Program-made: the position numbers and the translations under genes
Assembly (NCBI GenBank): GCA_013416795.1
Contig: RQSC01000025.1
Span: 314,137 to 378,136 of the forward strand
Length of the DNA stretch: 64,000 nucleotides
Direction: 5' to 3'
DNA from: Prasinococcaceae sp. CCMP 1430
Lineage: Eukaryota > Plantae > Prasinodermophyta
The notes under the pieces: generated by a model
Databases searched by the model: none
What the model was told of the DNA's origin: nothing
Seen by the model: only the letters and a program-made list of their open reading frames with translations
Part shown: positions 23,346 to 35,950 of the stretch, piece after piece
Numbering within the stretch: the stretch's first letter is position 1
Layout: each line of letters starts with the position of its first letter

Positions 23346-23900
23346 GCGAGCGCGCGCGCGCGGCCGGTGCGGGGCGCCACGGTCATCGCGGGGGGCGTGC
23401 GGACGTACACGCGCACGCACACGTGCGCGCATACACGCGCGCACACACGCGCACGCGCGCGTGCGCGCGAGCGCGCCTGTCATCGGCTGTGTGGCGCTGT
23501 GCATTGCGAACAACCACACCGTACAAACACGCACCAACCAACTACAAACTCGGCATCAACAAAACGAGCGCGTTTCCCTTGTCCCGGATACTGGCTGGGG
23601 TGCGCGTCGCCCCCCCCCCCTCCCGCCTCGCGCGCGCCCGCGCTCTCCTGAGCTGGTTCCAGATCCGATTTCCGCCGCGGGGGCGCCGCGGCGCCCCACC
23701 CACTTTCCGACTGGCGCCGAGGAAGTCGTCGAGAGGGGCGCGGCTGCGGGTTGGCCGGATTTTGCATTTCGAAGGCGCGCGCCGAAATGCGCGCGGGCGC
23801 GGGCGCGCGCGGGCGCGAGCCCGCAGCGGGGCGCGGGGTGCGGCGCGGGTGGGGGGCTGGGTGGGGCGCCGGTGGGCTGGGATTGGGGGCGCTGGGGGCG

Positions 23901-26900
23901 ATGGCGGGCGAAGGGGGCGGGGCGTCGGCGATCGCGCCGATAGCGGCGTCGGCGGTGCACCGCATCTGCGCCGGGCAGGTGGTGGTCGACCTCGCCGGCG
24001 CGGCCAAGGAGCTCGTGGACAACGCGCTCGACGCGGGCGCGACGAGCGTCGAAGTGCGCTTCCGCGAGCACGGCGTGGGCGGCGTCGAGGTCGCAGACAA
24101 CGGCTGCGGCGTGTCGCGCGAGAACCAGCCCGGGTTGGCACGCAAGTACCACACGTCCAAGCTGCGCGAGTTCGGCGACCTCGATGGCGTCGCCACGCTC
24201 GGCTTCCGTGGCGAGGCGCTCAGCTCGCTCTGTGCGGTCGCGGACGTGTCCTTGACAACGCGCACGGAGGATGCTGCCGTGGCAGACTCGCTCGCAATGG
24301 ACCACGACGGCGAGATAAAGGAGCGTGGCGTGGCCGCACGGGAGCGCGGCACGACTGTGAGCGTGACCGGGCTCTTCGCGCAGCTTCCCGTGCGCCGCCG
24401 CGAGCTCGAGCGCCACGCCAAGCGCGACTTCGCGCGAACCGTGCAGATGCTGCAGGGCTATGCGCTGCTCTCGCCGCACGTGCGTTTCAGCGTCAGCAAC
24501 CAGCCAGCGAAGGGCCCGAAATCTGTGGTCGTGCACACGCCCGGCAAGAAGGACTTCCACCAGGTGCTGCCCTCGGTCCTCGGCGCCAAGGCTGCGGCGT
24601 GCCTGGACGAGTTCAGCGCGTCCGTGGCAGTCAAGGGCGAGAAAGCGGTCGAAGCGAGCGGGTATATCTCGCGCGCGGCGCCGGGCTGCGGGCGCAGCAG
24701 CTCCGACCGCCAGTTCTTCTCGATCAACGGGCGGCCTGTGGAGCTGCCGAAGCTGAGCAAGGCGCTCAACGAGGTCTACCGCACGTTCAGCGCGACGGGC
24801 CAGGTGCCCATGGCGGTCCTCAACCTGCAGATCCCCAAGTCGGTGCTCGACGTCAATGTGACTCCGGACAAGCGCACCGTGCTGTTGCACTGCGAAAAGG
24901 CGCTCATCAACGGCCTCAAGGAAGCATTCGCCACCGCACTGGAGCCCGCGCGCAACACCTTCCAAATCCTCTCGACGCAACAGGAGCGCAGGGCAGCCGG
25001 GATGGTCGAGGACAAAGCAGTTGTCGATGATGCCGACGCTGGTGCTGGCGCGGACGCGCGAGCGGGCGAGGGCGGAAATGAGGACGCAAACGAGGGCGAG
25101 GGCGACGGCCAGGGGGTGCGCCCTGGCGCGGGCGCGGCTGAGGCTGCGGGTGCGGCCGAGGCTCCGGGCGTCGCAGACGCCCCCAGCGAGGCCGCGGTCA
25201 GGACCTCTGCGCGCCACGCGCGAAAGTCCGCGGAGCCGGCGTCGGCGCTCTTCGCGTCATTCGTACGGGTCGAGCCGCGGGCGCGTGCGTCCACTGGTGG
25301 CAGCACAGCTCACGCCGCACCGGTGGGGCGCAGGTCCTCCCGTAGCGCGGGCAGGGTGGCGGGCGGGGGAGCGGCGGCGGCTGCTGAGCCCCCGAAGTGG
25401 CAGAAGCAGGTGACTCAGGGCGGGCTCGACACCTTCGTCGTCCGCGGCCAGCGCCGCGCCCCATTGCGCGAGCGCCGCGCCCATGCATCGCCTCCTGCGT
25501 CGGGAGCGAAGGAGACGACAGCTGTCGATGGCAACGAGGCCGCAGCCGACGATGTGGAGGCGGTCGACGGGGAAGAGGACGGCGATGACGAGGAAACGGA
25601 GGACGACCGAGATTGCAAAGAGCAGGGGGGTGCAGACGCTGCCCCGGGCACGGAATCGGAGGGGGGGGCGCACTCGCTCGAGGGGCGTGCGCCTAAGCGT
25701 CCCCGGCAAGGCGACGCCGCCGAGACCGTCGAGGGCGATGCTGACGCGGCCCCGTCGTCGCAGGCTCAAGAGGATGCTGACGCTATGGATGATGACGAAT
25801 TGCCTGAGGTACATGCTGTGCCATACGCCGAGGCGGGTGCAGCCACCGCAGCTGAGTTGGGTGTTGAGGCAGAGCGAGCGCGCCAGGCTGCAAAGGCTGC
25901 TTCTTCAGCCGAGGCCACCGAGGGTGTGGATGGCGAGGACGGCGCACGCAGAGATGCCGAGCGCGTTGCGGTGGCGCCTGTCAGCCTGGCCGATCTACGC
26001 GCACGGCGCGCGGCATGGAAGAAGGCAACCGAGGGTGACCGTCACATCGGCGCACCCTCCGCGACGGCGGGCGGCGACGGCGACCGCGTTCGCCGCAGGT
26101 CGCGTTTTCGCGCGTCGTCGCTGCGCGCCTCAACGGCCGCCGGTGGAAGCGACGCAGGCGACTCGCAGATCAGCGCCGAGCGCGAGCTCGAGCTGGTGTT
26201 TGACAAGGGTGACTTTAAGCGCATGTCGGTCGTGGGGCAGTTCAATCTTGGCTTCATCATCGCCCGCCTCGGTGACGACCTCTTCATTGTCGACCAGCAC
26301 GCGTCTGATGAGATTAGCAACTTTGAGAAACTGCAGCAGACGACCGTGCTGAATCGCCAGCCGCTGCTCGCTCCGTATCCGCTTGAGCTGACGCCTGCCG
26401 AAGAAATCGTGGTGAAGGTGCGTGCGTCGCGCCTTGGCCGACCCGATCTCCGGGGCACGCACGCGTGCGACTGCGCTAGCGACGCGCGCATTCGTGGGGA
26501 GGAAGGGGGGGGGGCTCTGCTAGCGCGCCATCGCCGATGCTCGCTGACGCGCTTGCGGGATCGGCCACCGCGCAGTCGAACAAGCGCGCCTTCAACTACA
26601 ATGGCTTCGACTTCGTCGAGGACCCCAACGCGCCGCCGCACAAGCGGCTGCGTCTGACGGCGGTGCCTTTTTCGCGTACTGTCACCTTCGGCCCCAGCGA
26701 CGTGCAGGAGCTCATCGGACTGCTGGCGGCGCGCGGCGCCAACGAGGAGGAGGAGGAGGGCGCTGGGCCAGATGCCACTCAGGGTGGCAGCGTCAACTGC
26801 TTCCTCACCACCGACAAGGACGGGGGGGTGCCATCAGGCACAGTTGCTGTGCGCCCGAGCCGCGTGCGCTACATGCTCGCCAGCCGCGCCTGCCGCAGTT

Positions 26901-27162
26901 CGATCATGATTGGCACACATCTGAGCAAGTCACAGATGGAGCGCGTGCTCGCACGCCTGAGCGAACTTCAGGCGCCATGGAACTGCCCACACGGGAGGTA
27001 CGCATCCGCTTGACGCTGGCGGAGCGCCACAGCCCGCCCGCCTCCACGCCCGTCGCCTCTTGTGTGCTGACCGCCGCCACCTTTTCGCAATTCCTCGACG
27101 CCTTGTCCACAAGGCCTACCATGCGCCATTTGGTAGACCTGAGCAAACAGCCCAGGGCATAG
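23901..27162 (+). CDS. PMS1: MutL-alpha endonuclease subunit PMS1 (plant/yeast) / PMS2 (human)
   Basis: [78 protein letters not shown]|RP; introns 26418-26575 and 26998-27113. Confidence 0.95.
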
Positions 27163-27231
27163 CTCGCGCGCGAGTCCGTCGACGTCAATCGTCCCCGCAC
27201 AGCCACCCTCTGCTGTGTCACGCGGCGCTGC

Positions 27232-27236
27232 TGTAA
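27232..27236 (+). terminator. TGTAA poly(A) signal (PMS1)
   Basis: About 70 nt after the stop codon. Confidence 0.55.
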
Positions 27237-27511
27237 CTTCCTGTACAATAACTATGGGGAGGCGCATGTGAGCATGTGCGTGCGGTGCGCGTGGGCTGGA
27301 CCAGCCCAACTGCGCGCGCGAAGTGAGATGTGGCGCGAGCACGAGCATGTGTGGCCCGTTCAACCTGGGGACGTACAACCCATTTTCTCCTCGATTTCGC
27401 AAATTTGGATGAGACTCCGGAGCCATTCACGCGCCGCTGTGGTTGACCGAGCGCTCGCCTACGGCGCCACTGTGCACGCGCGGGGCAGATCCCCCCCACA
27501 GCGCCCACCGC

Positions 27512-28893
27512 ATGTCGGAAGAGGGCGCCGCTGCGCCCTCCGCGGCACCTGCCGAGGCCGAGCCGATGGATCAGGTAAGAACGCGCGCGCTCTTGTGCAC
27601 GCAGGGGTACAGGCAGGTGCACGTGTATGTCGGTGCGCTCGGTATGAGCGGTGGATGCCACGCCCGCTCGGAGCATTGCGCTCGACCTTGCGTACTCACT
27701 CACGCGCGTGCGCATACACGCCTGCAGGACGCCCCTGCCGAAGGTTCCGACGCACATGCCGACGCAAGCGGCCCTGGCGCTGGCGGATCTGCGTCCGCGG
27801 GCGACGGCGGCGGCGACGCGCTCGACCCTGAAGAGATGATCGATCCGATAGTGGACGGTGCCAAGCTCGTTGAGATCGAGGAGATGGGCTTCCCCCGTGC
27901 CCGCGCCTACCGTGCGCTCGCGCTTAGCGGCACCACGACCGTCGAAGGCGCGGTCAATTGGATCATCGAGCATTCTGAAGGTGCGCGGGGACGCGCCAGG
28001 ATGCCTCCCGCGCAGCGCGGCCCGGTCATGACGCGCCCCAGAGCGCGGCACACGCTGACACGGGTGGGTGCGCGCACGCAGACGCCGACATCGACGAACC
28101 ACCCCCGAAGGTTCGGCGTGGCGACGTGGAGAAGGCAAAGAAACCAAAGATGAGCAAGGAGGAGGCGAAGGCGCATGCGAAGACGATGGTTGAGGACGCA
28201 CGCATACGCCGCGAGAAGGAGGAGCGAGAGGCCAACAAGGCGCGCGCGATCGCAATGCGCGAGGGCGGCAAGGAGATGGCGCGCGCCAAGCGTGAGCTCG
28301 ATGAGGCCGAGCGCAAGCGCAGCCTGATCGAACGCCAGCGCGCCAAGGAAGAGGAGGAGCGCGCGAGAGAGAAGATCCGCAAGAAGATCGCGCAGGACAA
28401 GGCCGAGCGCAGGGTGGCCATGGGCTTGCCCGCGGAGCTCACACCGGAGGAGCTCGAGAAGGAGAGGCAGGAGGAGCGGCGTAAGGCGGAAGAGAAGGCC
28501 AAGCAGCGGGCGGCATTCGTGCCGGTCAAGCCGGCGCAGCGTCTCATCGAGCTGCGCGAGCTGGCGCGGGCCATGAAGAAGTCCACGCCCGATGAGGCCG
28601 CCTTCAAGACCTGCTGCAACACGCTGCTCAAACTGCTTGGCAACGTCGCGCGCTCGCCAGAGGAAGACAAGTTCCGCGTTGTCAAATTGGGCAACGCGGC
28701 CATCCAGAAGCGCATTGTCGCCGTGACCAACGGAGTCGAGTTCCTCGTGGGCAGCGGCTTCGAGCGCGGCGCCGACGAGGGCGGCGAGGAGGTTCTCACA
28801 ATGGAGCGCCAGGCGATCAACATGGAGCTCATTAATGGCGCAGGCGAGATCCTGCAAAACGCGCTCACGAACCCAATGTTCGGCGTGCTCTGA
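27512..28893 (+). CDS. UBA, coiled-coil and PUB domain protein (CDC48/p97 cofactor)
   Basis: UBA EMGFPRARAYRAL...VEGAVNWIIEH; PUB TLLKLLGNVARSPEEDKFRVVKLGN...FLVGSGF; introns 27575-27727 and 27981-28081. Confidence 0.88.
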
Positions 28894-28944
28894 CGGACTG
28901 CGGGCGCCAACGATACGCTGTCCGTGCCGCGCAGCTGCCCCGTG

Positions 28945-28949
28945 TGTAA
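28945..28949 (+). terminator. TGTAA poly(A) signal (UBA-PUB gene)
   Basis: About 50 nt after the stop codon. Confidence 0.55.
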
Positions 28950-29186
28950 CATTCGCCATCTATTGTATAGCCGGGCAGCGACGCGCTACGTGCCGAGTCA
29001 GACCTGCTATAGTGGGCGCGTGCGTGGGTGCGCACGCTCGCTCGCTCGCTCGCATGCGCTTGGAGGGCTGTCTTGTGTACATGCAAAAAAATTCGCCTTA
29101 CGGACGGGAAAAGAATGCCGGTGCGGACGACAAGCGTGTGGCATGGCGCGCCGCGGGCTCCGACGCGTACATCTGATAGCGGTGGC

Positions 29187-30320
29187 TCACCGCGCCTCGT
29201 CGCCCTCGTCCTCTTCCTCGTCGGGATCGTCGAAGAGGCCTGTGGATTGCGCGAGCCGCATATACTTCCTGATCTTTTGGCCAGCCTCGCTGTCCGGGTT
29301 CATCATGTCCGCGCCAATCTTCACCATTTCGAGCCTCTGCTCGTGCGACGCGTGCTCATTATGGCCCACCGCGTGCAGCATGCCCAGCTTAACCTCACCC
29401 AGTACGCCCTCGTCAGGCAACCCCGCTGCCGCCTCAGCGAGCTCGCGCTGGCTGAGCAGCTCGTCATCGTCGGCGCCCGGCGCGGGCGGGTGCACGAGCT
29501 CAGGCGCGACGAGCTCGGCCGCCTGTATCACCTCCGCGATGGCCTCGTCGAGCGCTTCCTCGGTGGGGTACATTTGCGACGCTACCAGCACCGAGCGCAT
29601 GCCCTCGGCAACCTCGAGCAGCCCCGCCCGGCGCTCAGGCGCACCCGTCGACGGGAAGTCGCACATGATGGCCGAGCCCAGGCTTACATGGCGCTTGCGT
29701 AAGACCTCGGCCAGAGTCTCCAGGTTCCTCTTCTGGGAGTCATCGATGGAGTAAATGCCGTAGTGAAAATCCTGGAACTCGCCCATGGCCGCCACCTTAT
29801 CGTCGGGGCTCATCGCATTCCATGTCGCATCGTCGAGCACGTTGATGTCGATGTTTAGACGCTCCTCAGTGGGCCTCTCGTACGGCAGCAGCTCCGACGA
29901 GTGCTGCTGGTCCAGGCCGTAGCCGAGCGTGGCGGCGTCGCGGCGCAGCTCGGCGCGCTGCTCGTCGCTGAGCTTCGAGTGGTCATACGCCGGCGGGTAC
30001 AGCGGCAGTGCTGCCGCGCCAGCGGCAGAGGATGGCGGCGCAGCGTCCGCCGCGAAGCCGCGCGCACCGGCACGAGCCCCGCCACCGCAGCGCAGGCGCA
30101 GGCACCCGCACGCAGTGGGCGCGCGCGCGCAGCGGCAGCAAGCGCGGCGGTGGCGCCACCGCCGGCGGCGACGAGCACGGCGCGCGGAAGACGCGGACGG
30201 GGCTCGCTCAGGGTAGCGGCGGTGGAGGTTGGTTGGTTGGTTGGGCGGGCGGGGTGAGGGGGCACAGCGCAGCGCGACGCGCGCGCTCTGTGGGCATCGA
30301 CCCGCCTTCGCAGACGGCAC
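29187..30320 (-). CDS. Hypothetical acidic protein with mitochondrial-presequence-like N-terminus; start uncertain
   Basis: Long ORF with coding-like codon use; R-rich leader ending ARGFAADA; no domain recognised. Confidence 0.55.
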   Translation of the reverse strand: MPSAKAGRCPQSARVALRCAPSPRPPNQPTNLHRRYPERAPSASSARRARRRRRWRHRRACCRCARAPTACGCLRLRCGGGARAGARGFAADAAPPSSAAGAAALPLYPPAYDHSKLSDEQRAELRRDAATLGYGLDQQHSSELLPYERPTEERLNIDINVLDDATWNAMSPDDKVAAMGEFQDFHYGIYSIDDSQKRNLETLAEVLRKRHVSLGSAIMCDFPSTGAPERRAGLLEVAEGMRSVLVASQMYPTEEALDEAIAEVIQAAELVAPELVHPPAPGADDDELLSQRELAEAAAGLPDEGVLGEVKLGMLHAVGHNEHASHEQRLEMVKIGADMMNPDSEAGQKIRKYMRLAQSTGLFDDPDEEEDEGDEAR

Positions 30321-30452
30321 ATCCGCACCGTTTTTTTTTTTTTAGCGACGTCTTTTTTTCACAGCGCATCGAGGCGACGGCAAGCTTCTCTGCGGTGCTG
30401 ATGTCGGTGTCACTGCTGCGACGCGCGCGACACTGCGCGCGCGAGGCCTGAA

Positions 30453-30487
<35 letters not shown>
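30453..30487. repeat. Poly-G homopolymer
   Basis: 35 consecutive G. Confidence 0.9.
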
Positions 30488-30633
30488 CTGACGGGGCTGG
30501 TGGAGGGAGAGAGTGGGCTGGAACGACGGCTGCGCGCGGCGCGCCGGCGCGCGCGCGCGAGCGCGCGCGGAAAGGCGGGAAGGCGCGGGCGGTAGCGCGC
30601 GCGCGGGCGGGCGGGAGGGCGCGGGCGGGTGGC

Positions 30634-31611
30634 ATGCCCCCCTTGCACGGACCTGTTCCCGGCATCGCGCGCTCGCTGGAGGTCGCCGCGGCAGCAGGCG
30701 GCGTGGCGGCGGCAAGCGAGTTGGAGCGCTACAGCGAGCCTCTTCGCGTGCTTCAATTCAACGTGCTTGCGGACGGCCTCGCGCAGAATGGCGAGTTTCT
30801 CAAGTGCGAGCCCGTGCATCTCGAGTTTGCGTATCGGCGGCCTATGCTCGAGGCTGAGATCTTCGGCCTGCAGCCGCACGTCATCGGGCTGCAGGAGGTG
30901 AATCGCTACGACGACTGGCTGCGCGAGGCGCTTCAGGCTCGGGGCTACGAGTCGCGCTTCTTGCAGAAATCGCCGAGCCCGTGCGAGAAGTTTGGCTTTC
31001 CCGCCGATGGCTGCGTGCTCGCATGGGACGCCGCACGCTTCGAGCTCGTGCAGCTGCACGCAAGCAGCTACGAGGGATGCACCCAGGGGTCGATCGTCGC
31101 CACGCTGAAAGAGCGCAGCGAGAATGGGCGCATGCTGGTGGCCGCGACGACGCACCTGAAAGCGAAACCCGAGGGCGCGCCGGTGCGGCGCGCGCAGGCG
31201 CGGGAGCTCGGCAAGCGCCTCGCTGCGGCGGTGGCCACGGTCGAGGGCGCCGGGGCCAAGGCGGACGTGGTCTTGACGGGAGACTTCAACGAAGAGGGGG
31301 GCGAGGGCGTGCTGACTGCACTCAACGACGGCTATGGCGACGCAGGAGGGGGCACCTTCACCAACGTCTTCTCCGATGCGTCGCCCAACGGGGGCTTCAG
31401 TACGTGGAAGTACAGGCCGGGCAAGGAGGCAGGGTCCGTCAAGGAGAAGCGCGAGTGGATCGACTTCATCCTCTTCCGCGGCGCAATGAGCGTGGGCTCG
31501 CGGCTGAGCATGCCCACCACAGCACAGATCGGCGACGGCGCGCTCCCGTCGAGGGAGTATCCGAGCGACCACCTGGCCGTGGGCGCGTCGCTGAATTGGG
31601 GACCGTACTAG
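30634..31611 (+). CDS. Nocturnin/CCR4-like EEP-family phosphatase
   Basis: LRVLQFNVLADGL, LQEV, TTHLKAK, GDFN, IDFI, YPSDHL motifs. Confidence 0.88.
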   Translation: MPPLHGPVPGIARSLEVAAAAGGVAAASELERYSEPLRVLQFNVLADGLAQNGEFLKCEPVHLEFAYRRPMLEAEIFGLQPHVIGLQEVNRYDDWLREALQARGYESRFLQKSPSPCEKFGFPADGCVLAWDAARFELVQLHASSYEGCTQGSIVATLKERSENGRMLVAATTHLKAKPEGAPVRRAQARELGKRLAAAVATVEGAGAKADVVLTGDFNEEGGEGVLTALNDGYGDAGGGTFTNVFSDASPNGGFSTWKYRPGKEAGSVKEKREWIDFILFRGAMSVGSRLSMPTTAQIGDGALPSREYPSDHLAVGASLNWGPY

Positions 31612-31785
31612 GTGGCTGCCGCACGCGCGGCGCGCACGTCACGAGCGCGGCCAGCGCCGTCACCGCCGCGACGGTGCGTGGTTGGCGTCATCGCCAGGCG
31701 AATGGAATAAATGTATAATGGATGGATCGGCGTGCGTGCGATGCTCCTATGGGCTGCGAGGGCAACGCGACGGTCGCGCGGCGCT

Positions 31786-34700
31786 TCAGTCTTCGCCCTC
31801 TCCGAAATCTTCGCCTGCGCGCACGGCAGGCCACGCGCACGCACACAGCGCCCCGTGTCAGTGCGAGAAATGACCGGCGCGGCGTCGTCAGCGCGCGCGC
31901 AGCGTACCCGCGACCACACGCACCTAATAGCATCGTCGGGTCGTCGATGTCGCCGGGCTGTATGAGCCCCTCCGCATACATCTGCTCGATCTCCTGGAGC
32001 TCCATGCTGCTCTTCTTTTCCTCCTCAGTCATTTCGTCCCAAGTCTTCCTCGAGTCCTCGTCCTCCTGAATCTCCCTGTAGATTTCCAGATGGCCCTTCT
32101 CCTCCCCGCCCTCGTAGAACGACTTCCAGAAGTACCCGTCGTCCTTGGGCAGCGCGACGTGCACCTCGTCGTCCTCGAGCGTCCACACCGCCTCCGAGGC
32201 CTTGACTCGCCGCTTCAGAGGCCCGTCGAATACCCGACCGTACCAGTGCAACGTGACGCATAGACGCGTTGGGCTGATGTCCACCTGCAGATCTCGCGGG
32301 CGCGTGCCTTTGGGGACCTGGATGTACCCGTGGACATCGGCAACGCCCTGATTCCAGCGCAATTTCTTGTGCAGTGGCGTGTTGAGCCACGAATTACGCG
32401 CGCATCGCAGCGCATCGGGCACCCGGCTGTCGAAGCCCTTGACGTCGCGGACGCCATCTTCGTCGTACGCACCGTCGACGCCCGTGCTAGTGCCGTCAGC
32501 GTCCTCGTCGACAATGTCAGCGATGGCGGCGCCCCCAGCCTCCACGACAGCCGCGCGTGACTGCTCGTTCTCCATTTCGTCGATGTCGTCGCGCATATCG
32601 AGGAACCAGGGTCGAACGGCCGGCGCTGCTGTGTGCGCCGCCGTGCTCGCGCTTGCTTTTGCGGCATCGCCAGCACCGACGCCATCGATCGCGTCAAGCT
32701 CTGGCGTTGGTGCGGGCACGTGCGGTACTGCACTATCGCTCTCGGCTGCTGGGGATGGCGCTGCCCCCGCTGGGGCTACCACGGTTTCAGCACCAATCGC
32801 ACCGGTGTCGACTTTGCCGCCACCAGCGGCGCGGCCTGCCACACGTTGGCGCCGCCGCTCGCCATCGCGGACGCGGCGTTTGGGCCCGCCGAAGAAACCC
32901 GTTTTGATCACACCGGCTTCCTTGTCATCATTTGCAGCAGATGGTGCCGCTGCCCGTGCGGCGGAAGCCGCCTTCACCTTGGGCTTGCCCGAGAGAGAGT
33001 CCTGAGCGAGCTCGCTCGCTTCCTTTGCTGGCGCCGCGCCCCCGGCAGGGGTGGCAGCGGCGCTGCTTGCGCTGGCCTGTTCTGCCAATGCCGGGAGTCC
33101 CGCAGGCTTTACGGCCTTCGTCGCTCTCGCTGTCAGAGCCGCGGCTGCGGCGGGCTTGGCGAGCCCGCTCTTGCGCCATGGCCTGCGCGTGATGGCGCTC
33201 TCCATGTCGAGCAGCGCCTCGTAGCCCATCTGATCCCAGCAGCCTCCACGTGGTGGGTGGAGCCCGCCGCCCGGTCCGCGCGCGCGATCGACGCTCAGCA
33301 CAAATACTTGGCGGGCGGCAGCTTCAAGGTGCACGTCGGCGAGACCCGAGCCCTCCTCTGGCACGCCGTCCGTCTTCTCGTTTCGGCTATTCCACTTGCC
33401 CTGCACGGTTGCGCCTTGCTGCAAGATTGTCCACACCGCAATGAGCGCGCCGTCCTTGCGCGCGAGGTGATTGAAGTCGTTGCCTGGCATGGTGTCGATG
33501 ATTGTAGCCACGCGCCGCATGCCGCGGTACTTTAGACGAGACGATGAGCTGAGGATGAGCCCCCCCAGTGGCACGGCAGACGTGTCCACATCGAGCATGT
33601 CCGCCACGAGTCCCTCACATGATACTGCCAGCCGCGCGTAGATGCGCTCCACGGTGGACACCACGCTGGGAGTCGCCCATTCGCAGAACGGGCGCAGCAA
33701 GTCGTGCACCCCCGAAGCGTGGAGGGCGCGTGCGGCGCTCGGGATGTTGGCCGCCGCAAGCACGGCACTCAGGGCAAATTCTATGACGGTCGTACCCTCT
33801 GAATGAGTGAAATCAGGCGTGCCATCCCTAGTGATGGATGCAATGTAGTCGCCCGAGCGATTATCCTCGTAGTCAGCTGCGTACTTGCGCTGCTCGTACG
33901 CCTTGGGCTTCTGGTCGAGCCCGAGCACCACAGTGGACTTGCGCGGCGACCGCAACTCGACGGCCGTCACGGCCGCGAGCAAGCCCGGAAGCAAATCGCC
34001 AATCACGGTCTTGCTCTGGCCCATCATGTTGGAGCGGCGGTCGAAGGCGTCAGCGCGCACCAGTGCCGGGTCGCGCATGAGCGTGGCCAGCGCAGCCATG
34101 CACGTGCGGCGCAGCGCCACCAGCCGCGGGTTGTAGATGCGCTCGCTCTCGCGCAGCATATACTTCACGATGCCTTCCTCGCTCTCGGCGTTCGCCAGGC
34201 TCGTGGGAACATCCTCGCCCTCGTGAAGCTTTGCGTCGCGCAGTAGCTCGCACCGCGAATAGCAGTGCAGCAGTGCCTTGAGAGGCTCGCAGCCGCACGC
34301 AGCAAGCGCGGCGCGGCTGGCCGAGTCCTCGCCAAAGCGGCGCAGCATTGTGGCGGCCGCCTCTGCGGCAGCGACGCTCGTGCGCGAGAGCGCCTCCGAG
34401 CTAAGTAAGGTGCGGCAGGCGAGCACGCACGGGCCGCCGGTGCCCTCCTCGCCGGGTTCGGCACGCTCGGCGTATGCGCCGCAGCGCTGCGCGGGGTCGC
34501 GCGAGCCCCATGCGAGCAATGCCGCCAGCGACGCATTCGCACCGGCGCTCATGCCCGACGAGAACGCGCGGCGGGCGAGGATGCCCGGCAGAGTGCTGGG
34601 CCACGACGTCTCCGACGTGGCGGCGGCGGCGCCAGTCCTGGCCTTCGCCTGCGATCCATCCTTGTTCGCGCCCTCTTCGTAGCCCACTCCTCCGCCGGCT

Positions 34701-35680
34701 TTGACAACAGCCTCGACCCTGCGCGTCTCCACCTCGATGTACTGCAGCGCAGCCTGGTAGCCACGGCACGCGGCGAAGTACCTGCGCGCGACGGTCGAGC
34801 ACACGAGCACCTCGTGGAGCTGCTCGAGTGCATCGGCTGGCGACAAGGATTCGACGTCAGCGTCCCCCCCAATGTCCTCGCAGTTGTCGTCGTCGTCCAG
34901 GAGCACGCCGACGAGCGCCTCGACCAAAAGCGCGGGCTCAGGCGACACGAGGCGGTTGCGGCGGCGCTGCGGCGTGCCATGTGCTTTGCGGGCGGCGGCC
35001 GCACGCGCGCGCAGGTCGGCGGCGCCCTCGGCCTCGAGGCGCGCGGCGGTCGCGCGGCGGTGCAGCGCGAGCACGGCCGCGTCGTTCGGCGTGAGAGCCT
35101 TGGCCTTGGCGCACCACTCGAGCGCCAGCTCGTACAGACCGAGCCCGAAAGCCGCCGCACCCGCACGGTAGTGCGCCTTGACGCTCCCCGGATCGAGCGC
35201 AGCAGCGTCGATGCAGTCATTGAGCGCATCGCGGAAGCGCCCCAGGCGTAGGTGTGCCTGCGCGCGGTTGCAGCGCAGCACACATCGTCGACCGCACTGC
35301 GTCCCCGCAGACTCCTTTCCAGGCGAGGCGCCAGACCCCGTGACCTTCTCGAGCGCGTCCACCGCAACGGTGTAGTGCCTGGTCGCCTCCTCGTACCTCC
35401 CCTTGCGAAACGCGTCGTTGCCGCGCTGGCGCTCGACCTCCGCGCGCTCCTCCGGATCGGCGATGGACGTCCACGCGTCATGGTCGCGGCCGGCAGGCGC
35501 CGCAGGTGCGCGCCTCGCGCTGAAGTGCCGCTTGCGCGCGCCCGCTCCGAGCACCGAGCCATCCGCGCCGAGCGCCACGCCCACCGACCCCAGCACCACC
35601 TCATCGTCGTCCTCCAGCCCCGGCATTCCCACGCGCGCATTTCCCTCGTCGTCTGGTGGTAGCTCCTCGAGCACTACCAT
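31786..35680 (-). CDS. Large co-chaperone-like protein: N-terminal TPR, helical (ARM-like) middle, C-terminal NudC-type CS domain
   Basis: TPR RGNDAFRKGRYEEA..Y...NRAQAHL...KAHYR; CS WNQ....V.GYIQVPKG...L.V...DGPL.RRVK..E.VWTLE...W; last intron 31815-31923. Confidence 0.8.
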
Positions 35681-35868
35681 GGCGCGGCCTCGCCAAGGAC
35701 GACTACTGCCGCCGCCGCCGGGGCGCCGCCGCCGCGGGGAGCGGAGTGCCCGCGGCGCGCGCACGTCCGGGGGGGGGCGGCGCGCCACTTCGATATTCCG
35801 GCGGTGCGCCGCTTCGGCAGCCGCGCGCGCGCGCCGCGGGGGAACGGAGCGCAACGCCAACGCGTCGC

Positions 35869-35950
35869 CATCAAAACGCATCCGGTCTCATCAAAACGCA
35901 TCCGTTCGACCCGGCGGCGTCGCCCGTCGCCCGTCGCCCGTCGCCCGTCC
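35869..35950. repeat. 16-bp direct repeat (CATCAAAACGCATCCG x2) followed by a (CGTCGCC) tandem array
   Basis: Copies at 35869 and 35889; about four heptamer copies at ~35918-35950. Confidence 0.8.
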
